Source: Candidatus Parcubacteria bacterium (GTDB taxonomy: Bacteria > Patescibacteriota > Minisyncoccia > JAHIHE01 > JAGLIN01). Taken from it: DNA of 44,180 bases. Positions 27,368-37,527 of this stretch are shown one piece after another. The stretch covers positions 1-44,180 of the forward strand of contig JAGLLA010000011.1 of NCBI GenBank assembly GCA_023140775.1. Direction: 5' to 3'. A model generated the notes under the pieces. It was not told the origin of the DNA. It saw only the letters and a list, made by a program, of their open reading frames with translations, and searched no databases. Positions within the stretch are counted from its first letter, which is position 1. Every line of letters starts with the position of its first letter. A program made the position numbers and the translations under genes.

Positions 27368-28981
27368 ATGATCGAGATTGAGACAATATTTGAAATGTTT
27401 GGAGGATTGGCGATTTTGCTCTACGGAATTCATCTTTCAGGCGTTAGTTTGCAGAAGATCCTAGGATTTAGATTGGAGGAAATTCTCACAAAAACCAACG
27501 ATAATCCGATAAGAGGTCTGACGATCGGTACAGGGATCACGGCTGTGATTCAAAGCAGTGGTACGACCATCACAATGCTAGTTGGATTTATCAGCGCTGG
27601 TCTTTTGACTTTTGGTTCGGCAATACCTGTGATGCTGGGGGCAAACATTGGAAGCACAATTACAACCCAATTAGCATCCTTTCAGATCGGTGTATATGCT
27701 TTGCCAATTTTGACCGTGGGGGTTGTGATTCACATCTTTTCAAGCGGAAAAATAAGAAAGAATATTGGTGAAGCTCTTGTGGGCTTTAGTTTTTTGTTTC
27801 TTGGTATGAATTTTATTTTTTCTAGTGCTCATTCTTTGTCTCATGATACTTTGGCAGTAAATTTGATAAATTCTTTTTCTTCTACGCCATTTGTCTATAT
27901 ATTTGTACTGGCAATTTTAACGTTGATAATTCAAAGTAGTAGTGCTACGTCTGTCGTTGTTGTTGCCTTGGGATTGACGCAAGCCATCGATCTTCAAATT
28001 GCACTTTTTATGATCTTGGGAGTTAATCTCGGTTCTAGTTTGAAAGTTATTTACATAGGAGCAAAAAGAAGAGGTTTTTTAAGTGATCTCGCTATAACTC
28101 ACATATTGCTCAATGCTATAGGGGTGATTATATTTGTGATGTTCTTCAAATATTTTATTTATGTAGCAAGTATTACTTCTTCTGACACAGGAAGACAAAT
28201 TGCAAATGCTCATACAATATACAATCTTGTCACAGCGTTGATCGTCCTCCCCTTTGTTCCTTTTGTTGTGAAATTGATTAATAAATATGCCCCAAAAGGC
28301 GAAATAGGAGAGTTGAAATTTTCTTATCTAAGTCGAAAACTTCTTTATACTCCTTCGGTCGCGCTTAGGCAGGCTAATCGCGCCGTGGTTGAAATGGCAA
28401 ACAAGACTTCAGAAATGCTTGAAATGTCAAGAGTAATATTTTTTGAAAATAAAATAGAGTTGCTGGAAAAAGTTGAAAATTATGAAAATGATGTAGACGA
28501 AATGACCGGAAAAATTTCAGAATATATGTCTCAAATTTCCCAACAAAATTTAAGTAAAAAAGACTTAATGAAACTTTATAGTCTCATGCATTCTGTGACA
28601 GATCTTGAACATTTGTCTGATCATATTTTGGCAGTTTCTGAATTATTTGTGGAATTAAAAGATGAGGATATAGAGTTTTCTGAAAAAGCAGATCGCGAGC
28701 TTACCGCGATATTTGGTAAATTAAGAATTATGCAGAATTTGGTGACAAAAGCCCTGGAAGAAGATAATTTACATCTTGCTCATGAAATTATTAAGCATGA
28801 GAATAAGGTAGACGAAATTGTGAAAAAATCTTATAGTAATCACCTTGAAAGAATGAACAAGGGAGTATGTTCGCTGGAAAAGGGAAAATATTTTGCTGAA
28901 ATTCTGATGAATCTAGAGAGAATTGGAGATCATTCGGATAATATCGCCTATGCAGTAGTTGACAGGTTCCGGTATAAATAA
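27368..28981 (+). CDS. Na/Pi cotransporter family protein with C-terminal PhoU domains
   Basis: QSSG/QSSS repeats, GANIGST, ANAHT.YN, DLEH..DH, NLERIGDH. Confidence 0.92.
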   Translation: MIEIETIFEMFGGLAILLYGIHLSGVSLQKILGFRLEEILTKTNDNPIRGLTIGTGITAVIQSSGTTITMLVGFISAGLLTFGSAIPVMLGANIGSTITTQLASFQIGVYALPILTVGVVIHIFSSGKIRKNIGEALVGFSFLFLGMNFIFSSAHSLSHDTLAVNLINSFSSTPFVYIFVLAILTLIIQSSSATSVVVVALGLTQAIDLQIALFMILGVNLGSSLKVIYIGAKRRGFLSDLAITHILLNAIGVIIFVMFFKYFIYVASITSSDTGRQIANAHTIYNLVTALIVLPFVPFVVKLINKYAPKGEIGELKFSYLSRKLLYTPSVALRQANRAVVEMANKTSEMLEMSRVIFFENKIELLEKVENYENDVDEMTGKISEYMSQISQQNLSKKDLMKLYSLMHSVTDLEHLSDHILAVSELFVELKDEDIEFSEKADRELTAIFGKLRIMQNLVTKALEEDNLHLAHEIIKHENKVDEIVKKSYSNHLERMNKGVCSLEKGKYFAEILMNLERIGDHSDNIAYAVVDRFRYK

Positions 28982-29163
28982 AATCAGTAAAAATCTTGGA
29001 ATAAATAAAAGTGACATAAAGGTAATCAATACAAAAACAGGAGATTGATGTATAATGCTCTAGGAAAAGATATCCTAGGGTAATTTTTTTATGTGAATTA
29101 GGTTATTTTTAGGCTTTTTGTTTTTTTTGTGATAAAATAAAGGTATAATTATTTATTTTATGT

Positions 29164-30135
29164 ATGATCGGAAATTGGATAGATGTGATAATCGTGATAT
29201 ATTTGTTATTTTGTTTTATTAATGGCACAAAACAAAAATTGTTTTTTTTGATTATTAATATAATAAGTTTCATAGTTTCTTTTGGGTTATCCTTTTTCGC
29301 TTATTCGGTTTTAGCGTCTGTATTTTTGATTTATTTTGAATTGAGTGAAGTTTATGCAAATATCATCGGATTTTTTATTAGTATATTGTTTTTCAGGGTG
29401 ATTACTGTTTTTATTTTAAATAGAACAATAGATCGTAAATTATTTACAATACCTAAAATAAAAATAAGAAGATTTATTTATGGATTAATCGCTACCTTAT
29501 ACGGCATGATTGTAATCTTTCTGATGATGTCAATTGTTCATTCATTTTATTTGCCGAGTCTTTTTAGGTCTGAACTTGACTCTTCTGCTTTTGGGAGTTT
29601 TGTAAAAACTGACCCTATAGGTATAAATCAAGATTTTGAGAAAATATTTGGCGATATTATAATAGAGACAACAAACGATATAGAGGCTTTGATGGATGTG
29701 CAAGATGCTGAACCTCCAATCGAGCTGGGTTTTCAAGTCTTTGATTTGCGAATTGAGAATAATTTGGAAAATGAAATGCTTCTATTGGTGAATAAAGAAC
29801 GGGAGTTGAGAGGATTTAAACCTCTAGTTGTGGATGATAAATTACGCGATGTTGCTAGAAATTATGGAAAGGATATGTTTGAGAGAGGGTATTTTGGGCA
29901 TATTGATCTTGAAGGAAGGGGTCCAGCTGACCGTATGAATCTGGGAGGAGTATTATTCACTGCTTCTGGTGAGAATCTTGCCTTGCAACCAAATCTTTCT
30001 ATCGCTCATGATGGGTTGATGAAAAGCGATGATCATAGAAAAAATATTCTCCACTTCTATTTTCACAGAATTGGAATTGGTGTGATCAACGGCGGAGAAA
30101 AAGGGATGATTTTCGTGCAAAATTTCGCTGATTAA
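29164..30135 (+). CDS. CvpA-like membrane domain fused to CAP/SCP domain
   Basis: NWID... 4 TM N-terminus; LVNKER, YFGH, GENLA, S..HR.NIL, RIGIG, Q.F. Confidence 0.85.
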   Translation: MIGNWIDVIIVIYLLFCFINGTKQKLFFLIINIISFIVSFGLSFFAYSVLASVFLIYFELSEVYANIIGFFISILFFRVITVFILNRTIDRKLFTIPKIKIRRFIYGLIATLYGMIVIFLMMSIVHSFYLPSLFRSELDSSAFGSFVKTDPIGINQDFEKIFGDIIIETTNDIEALMDVQDAEPPIELGFQVFDLRIENNLENEMLLLVNKERELRGFKPLVVDDKLRDVARNYGKDMFERGYFGHIDLEGRGPADRMNLGGVLFTASGENLALQPNLSIAHDGLMKSDDHRKNILHFYFHRIGIGVINGGEKGMIFVQNFAD

Positions 30136-30487
30136 GAAGTCTCTGAAAAACGCATTTTTTGTCATTTCTGAGAAGTTGGGAATCCAGGATTTAGTTCAAA
30201 AAATAAATAATCAGAAGAAAAACTTCTTTACTTATCAGGTCTTTTTTAAAAAAATATGAAAAAACATTCATCAAAAAAATGTATAAAAGGAAAAACTGCA
30301 TACAGGGTTTGTAGTACTTTCAGAAATAATTGTAAGAGAAAAACAATTAGAAAAAAAATATAGAAGCACTTTGAATTATGTAATTATAATTTTTCATTTC
30401 ACGGAATTCGATAGCTGGCGAATCATTTTGAGAGACAATTTGATCGTGTTTTGTAATTTAAGGTAGTAATTAAATGTAACAGAGCCT

Positions 30488-31396
30488 ATGACAGACAGAA
30501 GAGATTTAAAATTAAATTTTTTAATTCAAATTATTATTGCTTTTTTGTTAACTGCTTTTTTTACGCTAGTCATCACGAATAGCATGATAACTGGAGATGT
30601 TTTTTATACAACAGAGCCCGTACAGTCTGTTTTCGTTCCTCCTCAAGCAGTCCCAGTGCAAGGAGCAAATTATCAATTTGCGCAAATTGATTTGTTCCAA
30701 TTTCTACTTTCTTTTTTTATTGCTACTTCTTTGATGCTTTTTTTTCTGAAGGCTTTTAGGGGGAAATTTCTTTTTGAATTCTTTTTTTCAGGTGCAATAA
30801 TTTTTGGAGCTCAGGGATTATTTGGAATTTTCTTTACGAAAGGAATTGCATTTTTTGCATCAGTGTTGATCGTTGTGATTCGATTTGTCTATCCAAGGAT
30901 ATGGACGCAAAATTTCATTATTATAATTGGAATGTCCGGAATTGCAGCCAGTCTCGGAACAGGTGTCAGTCCATTATTAGCTATAATAATACTTGTTCTG
31001 CTCTCGATATATGATGTAATCGCGGTATATAAAACTCGTCACATGGTTAAACTTTTTCAAGGTATGGCAAAAAGAGGAGCTGTTTTAGCAATTGTGATCC
31101 CCAAAAAACTTTCTTTGTGGTCTCGTAAATTTGATCTCATTAATTCGGAAAATAAAGATGAATTTATTTTTATTGGGACAGGGGATATTATTCTGCCATT
31201 ATTTTTTGCTGCTTCAACTTTTTTTCTGGGAGTCAAATTTTCAATTGCAATTATATTTGGGGCAATTATCGGATTTGTTGTCGATCATCTGATTTTTATC
31301 GTTCAAAAAGAGAAAAAACCAATACCAGCTCTTCCGGCAATAGCATTGTTCTCTATAGCTAGTTATTTGATTTCCTTATATTTATTCAATTCTTAG
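30488..31396 (+). CDS. Presenilin/SPP-like GxGD intramembrane aspartyl protease
   Basis: YD (SIYDVIAVYKT), GTGD and PALP motifs in a polytopic protein. Confidence 0.88.
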   Translation: MTDRRDLKLNFLIQIIIAFLLTAFFTLVITNSMITGDVFYTTEPVQSVFVPPQAVPVQGANYQFAQIDLFQFLLSFFIATSLMLFFLKAFRGKFLFEFFFSGAIIFGAQGLFGIFFTKGIAFFASVLIVVIRFVYPRIWTQNFIIIIGMSGIAASLGTGVSPLLAIIILVLLSIYDVIAVYKTRHMVKLFQGMAKRGAVLAIVIPKKLSLWSRKFDLINSENKDEFIFIGTGDIILPLFFAASTFFLGVKFSIAIIFGAIIGFVVDHLIFIVQKEKKPIPALPAIALFSIASYLISLYLFNS

Positions 31397-31435
31397 TCAT
31401 AATGTTCTAGTATTAATTTATAACAAAAAATATAA

Positions 31436-31864
31436 ATGTCAGATGAAAAAAGATTAAAGGTGATTATAAGAAGATTTTTTATCTTCCAAAAGTTTTTATT
31501 AAGTGGAATAAAATTATTATTTTCTAGGCCTTATTGGAAGAATAAAATAATAGTGAATTTGACAGTTTCGAGTTTATTTTTAAATTTTTCTTTATTAATT
31601 TATTTATTTTATAACCAGATAAATGGAAATTATCCAATAATTCTTCATTATAATTTCATTTTTGGTGATGATTATCGAGGAGACTATGAGCAGATCTATT
31701 TAATTTTTACAGTCGGATTAATTGTCATTATCATAAATTCAATTTTGGGTTATATTTTATATTTAAGAGAAAAATTAGCTTCTTATTTTCTTATGTTTAG
31801 CGCTTTCGTGGTGCAAGTATTTTTACTTGTTGCTGGATATTTAATCATTTCAATAAATTCATAA
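31436..31864 (+). CDS. Hypothetical 3-TM membrane protein
   Basis: ILHYN..FG.D..G loop between hydrophobic helices. Confidence 0.7.
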   Translation: MSDEKRLKVIIRRFFIFQKFLLSGIKLLFSRPYWKNKIIVNLTVSSLFLNFSLLIYLFYNQINGNYPIILHYNFIFGDDYRGDYEQIYLIFTVGLIVIIINSILGYILYLREKLASYFLMFSAFVVQVFLLVAGYLIISINS

Positions 31865-31880
31865 AATAACTGGATGTAAG

Positions 31881-31912
31881 ATCAATAATCGTCTATTAGG
31901 GCGATTATTGAT
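31881..31912 (+). terminator. Hairpin, probable terminator
   Basis: ATCAATAATCGTC...GGCGATTATTGAT inverted repeat; weak U tract. Confidence 0.55.
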
Positions 31913-31989
31913 TGATAGGGTTTTGTTATTGGCAAAATAATAAAAGTAGATTAAGATTATAAAGCAGTATATGTTAATTATTTTTAAAT

Positions 31990-34803
31990 ATGAATAAAAT
32001 AATCATCAAAGGTGCTCGAGAGCATAATTTGAAAAATATTGATCTTGAACTTCCACGTGATAAATTCATTGTTTTTACAGGTATATCGGGATCTGGAAAA
32101 TCTACGCTGGCTTTTGATACAATTTTTGCTGAAGGTCAGAGGAGATATCTAGAAAGTCTTTCAAGCTATGCTCGTCAGTTTCTGGGACAAATGGAAAAGC
32201 CTGATGTTGATCACATTGAAGGTCTTTCTCCGACGATTTCGATAAGTCAAAAAGCGACCTCCCATAATCCACGTTCCACGGTGGGAACAATCACGGAGAT
32301 CTATGATTATATGCGACTTTTTTTTGCAAAGATTGGAGTTCCACATTGTGTAAACTGTCAAAAACAAATTACTGCGATGACCGTGGAGCAAATGATTGAT
32401 AATATTTTAGATAAATTTGAAGGGAAAAAAATTAAAATTTTTTCTCCTATAGTTCGTGGCAAGAAAGGGGAGTATCTTCAGCTTCTGAATGATATTTACA
32501 AAAAGGGATATCACAAAGCGAGAATTGATGGAAAGCTCGTTGGCTTGGATGAGAAAATTGATTTGGCGCGATATAAGATACATCGGATCGATATTTTCAT
32601 TGATGAAATTGTGATTAACGAAGAAAATTTAAGTCGAATTTTTGAAGATGTTGAGCAGGCTGTGAACTTGTCCGATGGGTTAATGTCAGTTGTTTCTGGC
32701 AGAGATGAATTGATAATGAACAAAAAGCTGTCGTGTTACGATTGTGGAATTGCTTTTGTTGATATTGAACCTCGACTATTTTCTTTTAATAGTCCTTATG
32801 GGGCATGTCCTAATTGCAATGGTCTTGGCAATAAGATGGAAATTGATGCGAAACTTGTCATCCCTGATCACAACAAAACGATCAGTGAAGGAGGTGTTTT
32901 GCCTTGGAGTTATAAGTCGAACAATTATTATGGTTCGCTTTTGGATTCTATTGCGCAACAATTCCAGATTCCTTTGAACGTCAGATTAAAAGACATTCCC
33001 AAAGAAAAATTGGATATAATCTTATATGGCGGAAAGGAGGAGGAGCAGCTTGAAGTTCGATATTATACGAAAAAGGGAAGTAATGTCTTCCACTTGAAAT
33101 TTAACGGGCTTGTTAATGATCTGAAAAGAAGATATTTCAAAACTGATTCCTCGGCTGTCAGAAAAGAAATTGAAAAATATATGAGCATAAGTTCTTGTAA
33201 AACTTGTTTGGGGTCAAGATTAAAAACAGAAGCCCTGTCTGTCAAAGTTCATGGAAAGAATATTGCCGAAATTTCTGCTATGTCCATCAATCATTCTTTT
33301 GAATATTTCCGTAATCTGAAATTGAGCAAAAGAGAGGAGTTAACCGTAGGAAAGGTGGTTGTTGAAATTACAAATCGATTAGGTTTTTTGGTAGATGTTG
33401 GATTGAATTATTTGACGCTTGATCGAACAGGAACCACTTTGGCAGGAGGAGAGGCGCAAAGAATTCGCCTGGCATCGCAAATTGGCAGCGCTCTAGTGGG
33501 AGTTCTTTATGTCCTTGATGAGCCTTCAATTGGACTTCATGCCAGAGACAATAGGAAGCTTTTGGATACTTTGAAGCATTTGAGAGAGATCGGGAATACT
33601 TTGATCGTCATTGAACATGACGAGGAAACAATGAGAGAGGCAGACTATTTAGTTGATATTGGACCAGGAGCTGGAGCTCGCGGTGGAGAAATCGTTTTTG
33701 CTGGAAGTTACAGTGGAATTTTGAAGTGCAAAGATTCAATCACAGGACAATATCTTTCTGGAAAAAAGAAAATTGAAGTACCCAAAGTCAAAAGAAAAAT
33801 GGGCAAGAACTTTTTGACGGTTTACAAGGCGACGGAAAATAATTTGAAAAATATCGATGTGAGTTTTCCTCTGCGGTCTTTTGTTTGCGTGACGGGCGTT
33901 TCCGGAAGTGGAAAATCAAGTTTAGTAAATGAAGTTTTGTATAAATCACTAGCAAGAAAACTTCACCATTCTTTGCAAAAACCAGGAGCGCATCAAAAAA
34001 TTGAAGGAGTCGAAAACATTGACAAGATTATTCAAATTGATCAATCGGCGATTGGCAGAACTCCGCGCAGTAATCCAGCGACATACACGGGTCTTTTCAC
34101 GCCAATTAGAGAAATTTTCACATTAACAAAAGAGGCAAAGGCGCGGGGTTATCAGCCTGGTAGATTTAGCTTTAATGTTGCGGGTGGAAGATGTGAAGTT
34201 TGTAAAGGTGAAGGATTTATCAAAGTTGAAATGCAGTTTCTTCCCGATGTCTATCTGCCATGCGAGATTTGTGAGGGAAAAAGATATAATCAAGAAAGCT
34301 TGAAAATAAAATATAAGGGAAAAAATATTGCTGAGGTCTTGGAAATGACAGTGGAAGAAGCAGTAAATTTTTGGAAAGATGTTCCTCAGGTTTATGATGT
34401 CTTGAAAATATTAAAAGAAGTGGGATTGGGCTATATTCATCTTGGGCAAGCTGCCACAACGCTTTCCGGAGGAGAGGCGCAAAGAATCAAGCTGGCAGCT
34501 GAACTTTCCAGAAAAGCAACTGGTAGAACTTTGTATATTCTTGACGAGCCGACCACGGGTCTTCATTTTGATGATATAAAAAAGTTATTAGATGTTTTGA
34601 ATCGTCTTGTTGATGGCGGGAATACGGTCGTGGTCATTGAGCATAATTTGGATGTCATCAAGTCTGCTGATTATATCATTGATCTTGGTCCCGAAGGAGG
34701 AGAAGATGGTGGCAGAGTTGTTGTCACAGGGACCCCTGAAGAAGTGGTAAGACACAAGGAATCATTCACGGGTATTGCTTTGAAGGAGCTATTTAAAAAA
34801 TAA
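31990..34803 (+). CDS. uvrA: Excinuclease ABC subunit A
   Basis: GAREHNLKN, two Walker A GxSGSGKS, zinc-finger CxxC pairs, L(A/S)GGEAQRI twice. Confidence 0.98.
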   Translation: MNKIIIKGAREHNLKNIDLELPRDKFIVFTGISGSGKSTLAFDTIFAEGQRRYLESLSSYARQFLGQMEKPDVDHIEGLSPTISISQKATSHNPRSTVGTITEIYDYMRLFFAKIGVPHCVNCQKQITAMTVEQMIDNILDKFEGKKIKIFSPIVRGKKGEYLQLLNDIYKKGYHKARIDGKLVGLDEKIDLARYKIHRIDIFIDEIVINEENLSRIFEDVEQAVNLSDGLMSVVSGRDELIMNKKLSCYDCGIAFVDIEPRLFSFNSPYGACPNCNGLGNKMEIDAKLVIPDHNKTISEGGVLPWSYKSNNYYGSLLDSIAQQFQIPLNVRLKDIPKEKLDIILYGGKEEEQLEVRYYTKKGSNVFHLKFNGLVNDLKRRYFKTDSSAVRKEIEKYMSISSCKTCLGSRLKTEALSVKVHGKNIAEISAMSINHSFEYFRNLKLSKREELTVGKVVVEITNRLGFLVDVGLNYLTLDRTGTTLAGGEAQRIRLASQIGSALVGVLYVLDEPSIGLHARDNRKLLDTLKHLREIGNTLIVIEHDEETMREADYLVDIGPGAGARGGEIVFAGSYSGILKCKDSITGQYLSGKKKIEVPKVKRKMGKNFLTVYKATENNLKNIDVSFPLRSFVCVTGVSGSGKSSLVNEVLYKSLARKLHHSLQKPGAHQKIEGVENIDKIIQIDQSAIGRTPRSNPATYTGLFTPIREIFTLTKEAKARGYQPGRFSFNVAGGRCEVCKGEGFIKVEMQFLPDVYLPCEICEGKRYNQESLKIKYKGKNIAEVLEMTVEEAVNFWKDVPQVYDVLKILKEVGLGYIHLGQAATTLSGGEAQRIKLAAELSRKATGRTLYILDEPTTGLHFDDIKKLLDVLNRLVDGGNTVVVIEHNLDVIKSADYIIDLGPEGGEDGGRVVVTGTPEEVVRHKESFTGIALKELFKK

Positions 34804-34923
34804 AAAACAGCATAGATGCTGTAGCTTTAGAAGTGGAGGAAGTGGGAGGTGTTTGTTTGTGTAATTGTTTTGTATTACACCACCTCCCACTTTATTGTTT
34901 TTGTATGTCGAGTGCACTTATTA
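34802..34923 (-). ncRNA. Putative small RNA, unit B (about 120 nt)
   Basis: Promoter 34930-34958; perfect 12-bp stem 34840-34851/34881-34892; terminator ACAGCA-tcta-TGCTGTTTTTT with U tract on minus strand only. Confidence 0.6.
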
Positions 34924-34929
34924 AGAATA

Positions 34930-34958
34930 AGAGTATCATAAATACAATATTTTGTCAA
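34930..34958 (-). promoter_or_regulatory. sigma70 promoter of unit B
   Basis: TTGACA-N17-TACTCT with TGA extension. Confidence 0.7.
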
Positions 34959-35009
34959 GAGCTAAAATTCAAACCATGAAATTTATCTGTTTATCCAGTT
35001 TTTAAAAAT

Positions 35010-35323
35010 AAAAAAACAGGCCTCTGCCTTTTTGTATGATGAAAAGTGGAAGAGTGGGCATTGCTTATTTTGTTAATAAGCTTAAAATTGTATTTTAAAA
35101 TACCCACTTTCCTTTGGTCAAAAGAGATAAATATAATTTGAAGGGAGAATAAGGTGATGTTATTTCAGGCATTAAATTTTCCTGAGTTTTGTAGCGAATC
35201 CGGCTAACTCACACCTCTCCTTTTCTCCTTCGTCTTTCCTCTTTTCTTCTTTACAGGGATCCCTCTGGATCCCTTCTTATTTGGCTAATCTGTGTTACCT
35301 TACAGCTGGCAACTTTGACTAGC
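35010..35323 (-). ncRNA. Putative structured ncRNA, unit C (about 315 nt)
   Basis: Promoter 35330-35358; 5' hairpin at predicted TSS; two multibranch domains; G-U pairs only on minus strand; terminator AGGC-agag-GCCTGTTTTTTT. Confidence 0.65.
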
Positions 35324-35329
35324 ATTAAT

Positions 35330-35376
35330 AACGTATCATACATCAAATAACTTGTCAACCCTTTCGTTGTGGATAA
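35330..35376 (-). promoter_or_regulatory. sigma70 promoter of unit C with a perfect DnaA box
   Basis: TTGACA-N17-TACGTT with TGA extension; TTATCCACA (minus) at 35368-35376. Confidence 0.72.
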
Positions 35377-35407
35377 AAAAACGAAATTTTATAATAATCT
35401 AAATATC

Positions 35408-35444
35408 AAAAAACTAGTCAATTTCTGAATTGACTAGTTTTTTT
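35408..35444 (-). terminator. Intrinsic terminator after prfA (bidirectional form)
   Basis: AAAAAACTAGTCAATT-tctg-AATTGACTAGTTTTTT. Confidence 0.88.
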
Positions 35445-35461
35445 GAATATACGAATCTAAA

Positions 35462-36523
35462 TTATTTTTCTCTCAGCTCTTGTTCAGCTAGCGAAAGAGA
35501 ATCGATGATATTTTCAATATTTCCTTCGAGAACATTTTCAATTTCGTGCCAACTTTTTTTGATGCGGTGATCAGTAATTCGGTCTTGGGGAAAATTATAA
35601 GTCCTGATTTTTTCACTTCGGTCACCAGTTCCGATTTGACTTTTTCGTGCTCCGGATTCGGCTTTTTCTCTTTTTTCTTCTTCAATCGCCACAAGTCTAG
35701 AACGCAGAATTTGCATTGCTTTCGCCTTGTTTTTGAGTTGTGATTTTTCATCTTGACAGGAAACAACTAATCCACTTGGAGCATGAGTAATTCTGATGGC
35801 TGAGTCGGTGGTGTTGACGCTTTGCCCTCCTGGACCAGATGAACGGAAGACGTCAATTTTCAAATCTTCACTCTTGATCACTAAATCAGTTTCTTCAGCT
35901 TGAGGCAGTACGACAACTGTGACAGTTGAGGTGTGAATCCTTCCTTGTTTTTCGGTTTCTGGAGTTCTCTGGACTCGATGTACTCCACTTTCAAATTTCA
36001 TTTTTGAATAGACATCTTGACCGTTGATCTCGAAGATAATTTCCTTGAACCCGCCAACAGTGCTTCGATTTGAATTTAAGATGATTATTTTCCAACCATT
36101 CTGTTTTTCAACGAATTTTGCATACATCCGAAAAAGTTCACTGGCAAATAAACCAGCTTCGTCTCCACCAGCCCCGGCTCTAATTTCAACTATGACATCT
36201 TTTTCATCTTTTGGATCTTTTGGTATTATCAAAGATTTAATTTCTTTTTTAATCTCGGCAAGCTTTTTTTCTAGATATTCGTTTTCTTCACGGGCAAGTT
36301 CGATCAGCTCTTTGTCACTCTCTTCTTTAACAATTTGCTTATTTTCTTCAATTTCTTTTTCTGTCTTGAGATATTGTTCATATTCATCAACGATCTCTTT
36401 TAGCTTGCTCTGTTTTTTGCTAAGATCTTTGAATTTTTTTGCATCAAAAACAGCCTCATTACTACTGAGTTCTTTGGTAATTTGATCGTATTCTTTTTTT
36501 ATTATTTCCAGCTTATTTTTCAT
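35462..36523 (-). CDS. prfA: Peptide chain release factor 1
   Basis: GGQ motif, PxT (PET) motif, [27 protein letters not shown]; downstream of rpmE. Confidence 0.97.
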   Translation of the reverse strand: MKNKLEIIKKEYDQITKELSSNEAVFDAKKFKDLSKKQSKLKEIVDEYEQYLKTEKEIEENKQIVKEESDKELIELAREENEYLEKKLAEIKKEIKSLIIPKDPKDEKDVIVEIRAGAGGDEAGLFASELFRMYAKFVEKQNGWKIIILNSNRSTVGGFKEIIFEINGQDVYSKMKFESGVHRVQRTPETEKQGRIHTSTVTVVVLPQAEETDLVIKSEDLKIDVFRSSGPGGQSVNTTDSAIRITHAPSGLVVSCQDEKSQLKNKAKAMQILRSRLVAIEEEKREKAESGARKSQIGTGDRSEKIRTYNFPQDRITDHRIKKSWHEIENVLEGNIENIIDSLSLAEQELREK

Positions 36524-36597
36524 GTTTTTATATATGAAATGACCCTATTTTTCCTATATGAATAATATAAGTAAAATAGGGTCATTTATGATTACGG

Positions 36598-36894
36598 TTA
36601 TTTTTCAGTTTTGGCATCTTCGATCTTTTGCTTGGCTTCAATTTTCTTCTTTGATTTTTCTTCTCGTTTTGTCGCTTTTGACCTGAGGGAATCTTTCTTT
36701 TGCTCTTCCATCTTTTTGAATCTCTCAACTCTTCCTGTAGAATCAACAATTTTTTGTTTTCCAGTATAAACAGGATGACATGAGCCACACACTTCAATGC
36801 TTATGGTTGCGATGGTCGATTTGGTCGTAAAAGCATTTCCACAAACACATTTGACGTTACATTCTTCATACTTTGGATGTATATCTTTTTTCAT
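36598..36894 (-). CDS. rpmE: 50S ribosomal protein L31 (zinc type) with Lys/Glu-rich tail
   Basis: [28 protein letters not shown]. Confidence 0.97.
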   Translation of the reverse strand: MKKDIHPKYEECNVKCVCGNAFTTKSTIATISIEVCGSCHPVYTGKQKIVDSTGRVERFKKMEEQKKDSLRSKATKREEKSKKKIEAKQKIEDAKTEK

Positions 36895-36929
36895 ACTTTA
36901 TTTTTGAAATATAATTAAATTCACATTTT

Positions 36930-37440
36930 TTAAATGCAAGCAAATTCTAACAGATATTTTTCATTTTGGCAAGTACTTGCGAAAATATTAATGAAAACCC
37001 TAAGTATACAATAGATTGAGTGATTCATTTGAATAGCTCGCAAGTTCAAATACTTTGGTATTATTCGCTTTGATGAACTGTCATTTGTATGATTTATGTA
37101 ACAGGTGACATTGGGTGCGCTTAAAAAAAGCACTTTTAATTTGTTTGCAATTTTATCAATGATCTTAATTTCCGCATCTTCTGCTGTTTTAGGTTTATTC
37201 CGTAAAGATCGGTCACTTCGACAATAATCTTATTTGCAACATTTCTTTCAAGCAATTCTTTTGGAAATAAAATTATTATTTTTCTTGGGTCGGTCTTCAA
37301 TTCTTTGATATATAAATTTCTGTCTTCAGCTTGGTCGCAATTTCATGAAGCGCTCTTTTGATGTATTCGGTACTCTCTGTAGTTTGATGATTTACAGCGC
37401 ATTCGTTTCTTGTTCGTCTTTCTTTTGTGATTGATATCAT
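36930..37440 (-). pseudogene. Doubly frameshifted small hypothetical gene
   Basis: Three consecutive open frames from ATG 37440 join into one protein-like sequence if single bases are restored near 37315 and 37200. Confidence 0.45.
36944..36972 (-). promoter_or_regulatory. rpmE-prfA promoter
   Basis: TTGCCA-N17-TAGAAT with TGT extension. Confidence 0.7.
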
Positions 37441-37527
37441 ATATGAAGTGTATAATACAATTTACGTAACTTTTTTTGATGTGTTATTTAATTCATTTTT
37501 GCTTTGAATATTGTTAAATCGTACCGT

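Noticed and set aside
35190-35250. RNase P RNA (GAGGAAAG on minus, GAATCCGGCT on plus)
   Set aside because: The two signature fragments are on opposite strands and no P4 partner was found; cmscan should still confirm
35368-35376. Replication origin
   Set aside because: Only isolated DnaA boxes; no cluster and no dnaA/dnaN nearby
36537-36587. Hairpin between rpmE and prfA as a riboswitch
   Set aside because: Single stem with no aptamer features; probably a partial terminator or stability element
37018-37135. Plus-strand hairpins (ATTTGAA/TTCAAAT; TGTCATTTGT/ACAGGTGACA) as a fourth ncRNA
   Set aside because: No convincing promoter, and it overlaps the proposed minus-strand pseudogene; not excluded
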